Part shown: positions 20,001-27,470 of the stretch, one piece after another | Layout: the number at the start of each line of letters is the position of its first letter | How positions within the stretch are numbered: position 1 is the stretch's first letter | Assembly: GCA_018693105.1 (NCBI GenBank) | Contig: JABHLN010000005.1 | Span: 2,735 to 66,734, forward strand | Source of the DNA: Desulfobacterales bacterium | GTDB lineage: Bacteria > Desulfobacterota > Desulfobacteria > Desulfobacterales > SURF-7 | Length of the DNA: 64,000 nucleotides | Direction of reading: 5' to 3' | Notes under the pieces: model-generated | Database searches by the model: none | Seen by the model: only the letters and a program-made list of their open reading frames with translations | Told to the model about the DNA's origin: nothing | Made by a program: the position numbers and the translations under genes

Positions 20001-20390
20001 GGAATACCGTTTTTTTATCCCGGGGCTACAGCAATTTCCGGACTTTATCTGGCAGATCCTCCCGGCATAAATGTTTCAAACAGGCAAAAAGGGGCTGCGG
20101 CCGCTGCCCATGCCATAGCTATCATGCCACGTGGTCCGCGACAGAGCAGGGGTTTTACTGTTGTAATTGATGAAAATAGATGCAGGGGATGTGGTCGTTG
20201 TGACATGGTATGTCCATATCAGGCAGTATCCCTTCAGAAGAACCAGGTAGAAGGCTGGTATGCGACTGTTGATGAGGCTCTTTGCAAAGGATGCGGTAAT
20301 TGTATATCAGTATGTCCTTCGAGTGCTGCCGATAGCCCATACCGCAACCATTCCTCACTGGAAAATATGCTTGAGGAAATACTGGAATAA
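17004..20390 (+). CDS. hdrL: Giant HdrL-like NAD(P)H-binding flavo-iron-sulfur protein (GltD-like module embedded in HdrA-like domains)
   Basis: 1128 aa. Rossmann motifs VIGATPAG, VIGSGPSGLAAA, VIGDGNSA. GltD-like CQENCPLGV...GRICTHPCEDECRRG. Several CxxCxxCxxxCP clusters. HdrA-like GIFVCKCNESLGW and the terminal pair CRGCGRCDMVCP/CKGCGNCISVCP. Confidence 0.8.
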   Translation: MKGSKDRLHRVIVIGATPAGISAANKLGELDIPVTLVDTDYDLDKKLSCEEWRLKSGVPLNFAHRSGLIRLFRNPGVRCILPMEITSLKHTPQGFRMRFNRQQTFIDPDKCTLCGRCYDICPAFVPEDGKAVKLNSRQSLPGRAVIEKGRKPLCQENCPLGVNAQGYITLTKAGRYAEALSLVRENNILPGICGRICTHPCEDECRRGELDDAIAIRDIKRFLADHELSDKSLRMEEVEAEKQVKQVKNEKIAVIGSGPSGLAAAADLARLGYQVTIFEKEAKAGGLLRYGIGPHRLPREILDKELEYIENIGIRIETSTPVDLKKGSESLDKVLKEYDAVIFAVGTWSDRCLGIPGEDLQGVEGGLSFLNRLYREDITELKSKVAVIGDGNSAFDLGRTLSRIGADVTILSWFPEDLVPADSEEVLAAGKEGIKIKCSLQVVEFKGKNGKVESIVCRQTAPGEPDENGVPWPVIVPAGETLELEFDRVFVATGQQGSFTGIDSKIKMNDHGYIKVDDNSRTNIKKVYATGDTVSGPSSVVSAMSSGRTAAQKVHQDISGMAMDETAGVITIRPEENEFRKIPDNVPSQMRPAMPEIRADIRRNNFSEVAVGLSESQVISEAGRCLQCGLCSECLECVVVCGATKAVNHAESCEELIEHAGVVIIADPSIAPTVKGEDVIRAYGPRSAKTDVYAMYVRGFASAAQAMMLLGKTSQRPKGHGVSFSPPDPGLSPEIRLGIFVCKCNESLGWLDEMNRYVEELTSNEDVVHSEILNSACVPEDTAGIIRTIREKGITRVVLASCVCCPLNFVCNSCTDQRSRLKENLFKGTGISRSMIETCNIRGEALRLVEKDASLALSRFEGMLERSVNRGRRLKPLPAPARDYNFNTAVIGESEAAINSALTLAESGVEVFLFGISQAPPVDVKNHLNVHFFENSTVKAITGTVGNFQVFIESNGFKQSINVGALIIGEKTRKDIHYIHQDGLPGRSVRSVMQKAGVTGIPFFYPGATAISGLYLADPPGINVSNRQKGAAAAAHAIAIMPRGPRQSRGFTVVIDENRCRGCGRCDMVCPYQAVSLQKNQVEGWYATVDEALCKGCGNCISVCPSSAADSPYRNHSSLENMLEEILE

Positions 20391-20419
20391 AAAAGATACA
20401 AAAAAAGAATCTGGAAAAT

Positions 20420-21997
20420 ATGGATAAATATAAAATCATACTGTTTTTATGCAACTGGGGACCTCATGCTGCATTTCAGGCGTTGCAGGACAATAGAGAT
20501 GCAATTCCTTCTGAAATTCATATGGTTAGAATTCCATGCACCGGAAGGATCAGTAAATCACTTCTTCTGAAGGCATTTGAAAAAGGTGCAGATGGTGTTA
20601 TTCTTATGGGGTGTAGGCATGGATCCTGTCATTATGGAACCGGGACCGAGACTGCTGAAAAAAACACAGAGGACACAAGAAAAATTATTGAAACACTGGG
20701 GATTGGGAAAGAGCGCCTTAAATTTGTTACATTTCATCCGGATGAATCTGATTTGCTCCTTGAATTTCTGAATAGTTTCACCAAAGAGATTGCTTCTTAC
20801 AGTCATACTCATGTCACCAGGAGCAAGGACCCTGAACCATGGGTCGAAAAATCAATTGAAGAAATTGTTTCAAAGCATGATGTGTTTGCCTGCCAGGATT
20901 GTGGAAAATGCACATCCGCCTGCCCTCTTGCACTCACCGGGAAACCTTTTTCACCAAGGGCTGTGGCGGCTGCTGTGATTTCAGGTGAAGTAAATGATGA
21001 ATCAGTAAAAAACGATATATGGTCATGCCTTACATGTGGAATATGTTATGACAGGTGTCCTTCTGCCGTTAATTTTCCAGAGTTTATAAGGGATGTTCGC
21101 TGCTATTACAAAAACAGGGAAATTACCGGACAGGAAACTCATGGCGGTTTTTTTCAATCTCTCATGCGTACAATGACTTCATCGGACCTGAAACCAACCC
21201 CCTGGAGCTGGCTTCCTGAAGAAATCAAAACAGACAGTAACAGCAAGGTTCTTTTTTTTGGGGGCTGTGCACCTTATTTCGACATTTTTTTTAGGGAATT
21301 TCTTGGAGTAAAAACCTGCAATATTCTGGCTGACAGTCTGCGCCTCTTAAACTTTTTTGATATTCAACCTGCAATTTTGGAAGAAGAAAGATGTTGCGGA
21401 CATGATCTGTTGTGGTCAGGCGACAGGGAAAACTTTACAAGACTTGGAAAAATTAATGCTGACCGGATTCACCAAATGGGAATCGAGGAAGTAATTACAT
21501 CCTGCCCCGAGTGTTACAGAACTCTGGCGTACGATTACCCGGAACATGGTATAGAATTGAATTTTAAGGTCACCCATTTATATGAGCTGCTTGAAAATGA
21601 AATTAATAAAGGAGCGGTTCAGTTCAAGAAGATTAATAAGAAACTTACAATTCAGGATTCATGCCGTTTGAACCGTTTTGAAAATATCTATGATCAATCA
21701 AGAAAGCTTATTAACCGTATTAATCCTGAGTCTTTTACAGAAATGCAGAACAACGGAAAGACTTCAATCTGTTGTGGAAACAGTGCATGGATCGGTTGTG
21801 ATTCCTTTAGCAAAGCTCTTCAGGTAAAACGGCTCAATCAGGCTCATGATACAGGGAGTGATGTTCTTGTTACATCATGCCCTAAATGCCAGATTCATCT
21901 TAAATGTGCCATGGAAGATCCTTTTAGAGAAAATGAACTTAAAATTGAGACAATGGATTTAACCAGTATAATAGCTAAAACACTTCGCTGGGAGTAA
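20420..21997 (+). CDS. MvhD-like / HdrC-like / HdrB-like (CCG domain) fusion protein
   Basis: N-terminal MvhD fold (LFLCNWGPHAA...IPCTGRIS...GCRHGSCHY). Two ferredoxin motifs (CQDCGKCTSACP, CLTCGICYDRCP). CCG motifs (ERCCGHD, SICCGNS). Confidence 0.8.
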   Translation: MDKYKIILFLCNWGPHAAFQALQDNRDAIPSEIHMVRIPCTGRISKSLLLKAFEKGADGVILMGCRHGSCHYGTGTETAEKNTEDTRKIIETLGIGKERLKFVTFHPDESDLLLEFLNSFTKEIASYSHTHVTRSKDPEPWVEKSIEEIVSKHDVFACQDCGKCTSACPLALTGKPFSPRAVAAAVISGEVNDESVKNDIWSCLTCGICYDRCPSAVNFPEFIRDVRCYYKNREITGQETHGGFFQSLMRTMTSSDLKPTPWSWLPEEIKTDSNSKVLFFGGCAPYFDIFFREFLGVKTCNILADSLRLLNFFDIQPAILEEERCCGHDLLWSGDRENFTRLGKINADRIHQMGIEEVITSCPECYRTLAYDYPEHGIELNFKVTHLYELLENEINKGAVQFKKINKKLTIQDSCRLNRFENIYDQSRKLINRINPESFTEMQNNGKTSICCGNSAWIGCDSFSKALQVKRLNQAHDTGSDVLVTSCPKCQIHLKCAMEDPFRENELKIETMDLTSIIAKTLRWE

Positions 21998-22012
21998 CGA
22001 TTGGGGAAAAAG

Positions 22013-24442
22013 ATGCAAGTAAAAAGTATGACTTCAGCAGACTCGGAAAAACAGGCCAGGATAGGTGTATATGTCTGTCATTGCGGTCTTAATATTAGCA
22101 AGACTGTTGATTGCGCCAAGGTTGCCGAGGTTTCAAAGGAACTTGAATATGTTGTAGAGGCAAAAGATATTGCCTATGCCTGTTCGGAACCAGGTCAGAA
22201 GGAAATCGTAGATGGTATCATTGATAATGACCTTGACCGTATAGTGGTTGCCTCCTGTTCACCCAGGCTTCATGAACCTACATTCCGTCAGATGCTCCAG
22301 AAGGCCGATTTGAACCCCTATATGCTGGAAATGGCCAACCTTCGGGAGCAATGCAGCTGGGTACATATGAGTGAACCGGAAGCTGCGACCCGAAAGGCAT
22401 TAGACCTTGTTAAAATGTCTGTATCACGAGCAGCTCTTCTATGGCCGCTTTTTGAAGAGACACTACCCCTTACAAAACGGACGATGGTTATCGGAGGAGG
22501 AGTGGCTGGTATCCAGGCGGCTCTTGACCTTGCAGATAACGGATATGAAGTGGTTATGGTTGAAAAAAACCCGTCTATCGGGGGTACCATGGCCAAGCTT
22601 GATAAGACCTTTCCAACTATGGACTGCTCAATCTGAATTCTCGGTCCGAAGATGACGGATGTCGGTCGACATCCAAACATAAAAATGCTCACCATGAGTG
22701 AAGTAGTTGGCATTAAAGGTTATGTCGGTAATTTCAAGGTAGAAATCTTAAAACGGGCTCGATATGTAGATGAAAGCGAATGCACAGCATGCGGTGATTG
22801 TGTAAAAGTATGCCCCGTTGTCAGATCTGACGAATTTAATGAGGGCCTGTCTTCACGCAAGGCTATCTATTCGCCTTTCCCACAGGCGGTTCCATCCTCT
22901 TATTTAATTAATGTTAATGAATGTCTGGGGCATAACCCTTCGGTTTGTTCAAAATGTCTGGATGCATGTGACAAGAAATGTATCGATTTTCAGATGTCAG
23001 ATGAAAAGATTGTTGAAGAAATAGGTACTATAATAGTTGCCACCGGCCTGGAACCGTATGATCCCAAGGAACTTGATGAATACGGATATACAAGATATGA
23101 AAATGTTCTGACAAGTCTTGAATTTGAACGTCTTGTTAATGCCGGTGGTCCGTCACAGGGAGAACCGATCCGGCCTACAGATAGAAAAACCCCTAAATCT
23201 GTTGGTTTTATTCAATGCGTAGGATCCCGGTCAGCCCGAAGGGGAAGTGAATACTGTTCAAATACCTGTTGTATGAATACTGTAAAAAGCTCACTGGTAC
23301 TCAAGGAACATTACCCTGATATTGATATAAAGGTTTTTTATGTTGATATTCGTGCTTTTGGAAAAGGCTTTGAAGACCTTTATATGCGCAGCAAGCGATA
23401 TGGAGTTCAATATTTAAGAGGTTTGCCGGGTACTGTTGAAGAACTTGATGATTCAAGCTTAAGAGTTGCAGTTGAAAATACTGCAACTGGTAAGGTTGAA
23501 TATCATGATCTGGATATGCTTGTGCTTGCCCTTGGTATGAAACCGGCAAAAAGTACACAACGGCTGCAGGAAATGCTTGGTTTGCAGCTTAATCCTGACG
23601 GTTTTTATCTTGAAGCCCATCCTAAACTTCAGCCTGTTGATGCAGCTACAAGGGGAATATTTTTTGCAGGTTGTGCCGAAGGACCAAAAGACATCAAGGA
23701 AAGTGTTACCCAGGCTTCTGCGGCATCTGTCCGTGCTATCAGGCTTATGCATAAAGGAGAAATATCAGCTGAGCCGATTACTTCTGAAATTATCGAAGAG
23801 AACTGTAAGTTCTGCGGGAAGTGTGCAGAGGTTTGTCCCTATAATGCCATTTCGTTAAATAAAGAGAAAAAGATTCCTGCTTCTGTTAATACTGCTGCAT
23901 GTTCAGGTTGTGGAACATGCGCGGCCGAATGTAAGTTTGATGCTATTATCATGAATCATTTTACAGATGATCAGATCAATAGTCAGACAGATGCAATGCT
24001 GGTGGAAGAACCTGAATCAAAAATCGTTGTTTTTGCATGTAACTGGTGTTCATATGCCGGTGCAGATTATGCGGGTGTTTCCCGGTTTCAATATCCTCCC
24101 AATGCAAGGTTGATAAGAACCATGTGTTCCGGTCGTGTTGATGAAAAGTTTATTATGCGGGCCTTTGAAAAGGGTGCCCCGGTTGTCCTTGTAAGTGGTT
24201 GCCATATTGGAGATTGTCATTACATTGATGCAAATAAGTGGACTGAAAAAAGGATAATAAAACTTCAGGGAAAACTGGAAAAAATAGGGATAAGGCCTGA
24301 ACGGCTCCAGCTGGAATGGATCAGTGCTGCAGAAGGTATGAGGTTTGCCGATGTCATGCGGCAAATGGAAGATCTTCGCAAAAGTGTTTCCAGCGAAGAG
24401 ATTGCGGAAACTATCGAAATTCTTGAAAACAGGAAGAAATAG
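22013..24442 (+). CDS. hdrA: Heterodisulfide reductase subunit A with a C-terminal MvhD domain; selenocysteine read-through of TGA at 22634..22636
   Basis: ORFs 22001..22636 and 22652..24442 are in the same frame (offset 651 nt). Joined they read ...KTFPTMDCSI-U-ILGPKMTDVGRHPN, the conserved HdrA motif. Also VIGGGVAGIQAALDLA, four ferredoxin motifs, and C-terminal FACNWCSYAGAD...GCHIGDCHY. ATG at 22013 is preceded by GGGGA. Confidence 0.85.
22657..22674 (+). promoter_or_regulatory. Candidate bacterial SECIS hairpin
   Basis: GGATGTC-GGTC-GACATCC forms a 7-bp perfect stem with a GGUC tetraloop. It starts 21 nt after the in-frame TGA. A GGUC-containing apical loop is the hallmark of the E. coli fdhF SECIS. 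Confidence 0.55.
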
Positions 24443-24803
24443 TTACATTTTGACACAACTATACCCACCCGGTTTTGACCAGGGTTTAATAAAGAAATTT
24501 TTAAAGGGCTGTTAAAAAATCTACTCAATATTATCAGCAGGACACTTTTTCTTGACCCCCGGTATATATCACCGTCACTAATTTTATTTCCCTTAAATAA
24601 ACTCATCTTACCAGTATACGAGGACTACGGGACATGATGAATCCTCCTTTCTCTCTTTATTTTGGGATAATTTTGCTAAAAACAACAATGTTTTTAACCA
24701 AAAGAAAATATTATATGTATTTATTTTAACTATATATATACATTTTTGAAGTCATTTAATTATATAAAATTATGTAATTGATTGAAATTTTAGTACAATT
24801 TTC

Positions 24804-24831
24804 TTGACTTAATGGTATTTTATGATAATTA
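24804..24831 (+). promoter_or_regulatory. Possible sigma70-type promoter (TTGACT-N16-TGaTAATTA)
   Basis: -35 TTGACT at 24804..24809 and extended -10 TGATAATTA ending at 24831, ~300 nt upstream of the porin gene. The context is AT-rich, so chance matches are likely. Confidence 0.25.
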
Positions 24832-25138
24832 GCCATAACTAAAGCACAATGATGCGAACCTTATTATAAGAAACAAAACCTTAAATTAAGCACATGACAT
24901 TTTAAAACTCAGTTATTATGGGGTGTGGGGAATCACAAAAAATGGTAAAAAAGATTCCTTAATAAATACTTGTTCGTATTAATTGTGGTGAAAAAAGGTA
25001 GCCATCGTTTAATTTTTTAATCAGTATATGGCAGTATGAATTATTAAGGTTGACTTTTTTCGAATGTTTCATTAGTTGTTCATGATTTTTAATTTATAGG
25101 GGAAATTAACTTAAAAGATTTATTGGGGAGGGTTGGAA

Positions 25139-26413
25139 ATGAAGAAACTTATTTTGTTTTTATTTGTCGTTTTTTTTGCTGCACAGGCTTATGCCATTGA
25201 AGTATCTAATGTAAAACTTGGCGGCCAGGTGAGGGTGCGTGGTTACAACTTACAGAATTTCTGGGATTTTGATAATGATGTAGACAGTGACAACTGGTCT
25301 GTGATCAGACATAAAACAAGTGTTCATGCCGGTTTAGATTTAGGTGACGGAATTTCCGGTTTTGTTAAAATTACAAATCAGAACTGGGGTAACGGTGTAA
25401 CTGCCAGTGACAATAACGATCTTTTTGTTGATAATGCATGGATCAATGTCAAAAATTTTCTTGACCTGCCGGTTACATTAAAGCTTGGTCGACAAAACTT
25501 AATGTATGGATCCGGATTTGTATTATTTGACGGTCAGTCACAACTTGGTTCTAATTCTCTCTACTTTGATGGTATCAAACTAACCGCCCATTTTTCAGAT
25601 AATATGATGTTAGATATGATTTATGTGAAAGATGAGGAAAACGCCCGTGCTAATAATGCTGCTGTAGGTGAAGATGATATTACACTGTCCGGTCTTTATT
25701 TAACATATAAAGAAACTCCGATAGTCGGTAAAGCTGAAGTATATGCACTTAACAGACATGATGAAAGCTTGGGAAAAGACATCATTATGTACGGCTTAAG
25801 AGCGTCTGACAAACTGAAATGCGGTTTTGATTACAGCGCTGAGATTGCTGTTCAAACCGGTGATGCAATGACAAATGTTGATCAGGATGCAATGGGTTAT
25901 AAATTAGACGCAGGTTACACATTAAAAGATGTTTCCATGAAACCAAGATTTTTCGTAGGCTATGCTGCTTTAACCGGTGATGAAGCGGGCTCTACCGATA
26001 ATGAGCGTTGGGATACATTCTACGGCGGATGGCCGCAATTTGGTGATCTCCTGGCATTTAAGTATATAAATGCCGGACCGCTTAATATTCTTAATACTAC
26101 AGACCCCGGATACAATAGTATGAGTTCAGTAGGTGGAGAGGCTGTGTATTCAAATATTAACATTTTGACAGTCGGTACCTCTGCAGCCCTTACAGAAAAA
26201 CTTTCAGGAAAAGTATCTTATTCAACTATTACTTTTGATGAAATTGTCGGTGATGATGAATTTGGTAATTATGTTCAGGGTTCAGTGAAGTATAAATATT
26301 CTAAAAACCTGAGTTTTTCAATCTATGCTGCAATGATTGATCCGGGTGATGCGTTTGGAACAATGGAAGATAAAGCAACAGAATTTATGTGGGAAGCAGA
26401 TCTTAGATTCTAA
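25139..26413 (+). CDS. Outer-membrane beta-barrel porin-like protein
   Basis: Signal peptide MKKLILFLFVVFFAAQAYA, alternating amphipathic strands, C-terminal ...WEADLRF. ATG at 25139 follows GGGGAGGG. Paralogous to the 1..927 protein. Confidence 0.7.
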   Translation: MKKLILFLFVVFFAAQAYAIEVSNVKLGGQVRVRGYNLQNFWDFDNDVDSDNWSVIRHKTSVHAGLDLGDGISGFVKITNQNWGNGVTASDNNDLFVDNAWINVKNFLDLPVTLKLGRQNLMYGSGFVLFDGQSQLGSNSLYFDGIKLTAHFSDNMMLDMIYVKDEENARANNAAVGEDDITLSGLYLTYKETPIVGKAEVYALNRHDESLGKDIIMYGLRASDKLKCGFDYSAEIAVQTGDAMTNVDQDAMGYKLDAGYTLKDVSMKPRFFVGYAALTGDEAGSTDNERWDTFYGGWPQFGDLLAFKYINAGPLNILNTTDPGYNSMSSVGGEAVYSNINILTVGTSAALTEKLSGKVSYSTITFDEIVGDDEFGNYVQGSVKYKYSKNLSFSIYAAMIDPGDAFGTMEDKATEFMWEADLRF

Positions 26414-26439
26414 TTTTCATAAAGTTTTTACTTAAAATT

Positions 26440-26475
26440 AAAACGGGGTGCCAATTATGGCTCCCCGTTTTTTTT
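26440..26475 (+). terminator. Rho-independent terminator
   Basis: ACGGGGTGCC / GGCTCCCCGT stem with one mismatch, followed by T8. Confidence 0.7.
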
Positions 26476-26590
26476 GAAGCAGTTTTCCATGCTGATATTT
26501 TAGATTCGCAGATATTATGAAGATTTAATGGTTTAATTATGTTGCGAGAAGACCCCGCCATATCCAACCCCTATATTTTTTCTGTAATAA

Positions 26591-27166
26591 TTAATTTAAC
26601 GAATCATCCTTCCAGTACTTTGTACCTTTAATCGTTGCCTGGAGAGCTAAACCAGACTCTGTTAACTGATATATAGTAATATTATCAACGGTAATCTCAC
26701 CACCAACAGCCGCTCCTTTGTCACTGGCCTTAGCTGCCGCATCAGTTTGCGCTCCAAAAGCCCAGCCTTGTTCTACAAACCGGTACATGCTGTCAGTGCT
26801 ATGGAATACGAATACTGCGCGGAAGTCTTTAACGCCCAGACCTAAACCGACACCAACCTCACCCATTTTCATAAACGTGTGTTTACCGGTCTTATTATTT
26901 TTGGCGACACCATATCCTCCACCAAAACTGGCAAAGATAATATTGATATTAAGGTTGCTGAACACGGCATAACCCGGGGCACTGGAAATTTGTGCTCTAA
27001 CGTCCGGCTTTAATTTATAAAGATCTGAGAGCACATTATTTTTCATGGATAAAATTGACTGTTGCTTTTTCGCAGTGGTTTTTTTACCACCGGTGCCACC
27101 GGTAGTAGCACACCCCCCAATGGTTAAGGTTAATATTATACAAGCTATTATAGATAAACGATTCAT
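26591..27166 (-). CDS. Lipoprotein with SYLF (Ysc84/DUF500) lipid-binding domain
   Basis: Lipobox LTIGGC. GYAVFSNL...GGGYGVA...GVGLGLGVKDFRAVFVF...GAQTDAAA is typical of SYLF domains. Confidence 0.75.
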   Translation of the reverse strand: MNRLSIIACIILTLTIGGCATTGGTGGKKTTAKKQQSILSMKNNVLSDLYKLKPDVRAQISSAPGYAVFSNLNINIIFASFGGGYGVAKNNKTGKHTFMKMGEVGVGLGLGVKDFRAVFVFHSTDSMYRFVEQGWAFGAQTDAAAKASDKGAAVGGEITVDNITIYQLTESGLALQATIKGTKYWKDDSLN

Positions 27167-27339
27167 GGTTGTTCTCCACTTTTGAGATGGGTTTGATAAA
27201 TATTTGGTTCATGTTAAGCAAAAAGCATGATTATAGAGGTAAGAATATCAAAAAGCTATAAAAAATGCCGAGGCTATTTATAGTTTTGTATAATTACGGG
27301 TAAATTCACGACTCATATTAATCGTCATAAATGTCTATG

Positions 27340-27446
27340 CCGGGATAGAACTTTTCGGCACAATCATGGCATATGCGATGAGAGAATTCAGCGTCTGATC
27401 GCTCCCTTACATATTTCTCTTATTGCTGATACCTATAGGGTTCTGA
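27340..27446. repeat. Family-B repeat, reverse orientation, degenerate
   Basis: GGCATATGCGATGAGAGAATTCAGCG...ACCTATAGGGTTCTG is the reverse complement of the B core and end. A separate B-end fragment (TTTTGAGATGGGTTTGATAAAT) lies at ~27181..27205. Confidence 0.3.
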
Positions 27447-27470
27447 CTCCATAATGATTCTATGAAGTTC

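Noticed and set aside
24265-24648. Minus-strand canonical SD (AGGAGG, 24643..24648) with a 10-codon mini-ORF (MSRSPRILVR, 24603..24635). Its TGA overlaps the ATG of the listed 113-aa ORF 24265..24606.
   Set aside because: The 113-aa ORF is Ser/Leu/Arg/Ile-rich, lacks motifs, and runs antisense through the conserved 3' end of hdrA, so it looks like a shadow ORF. No downstream co-oriented gene exists for a leader peptide to regulate. It is worth a glance in Ribo-seq data but is not supportable from sequence.
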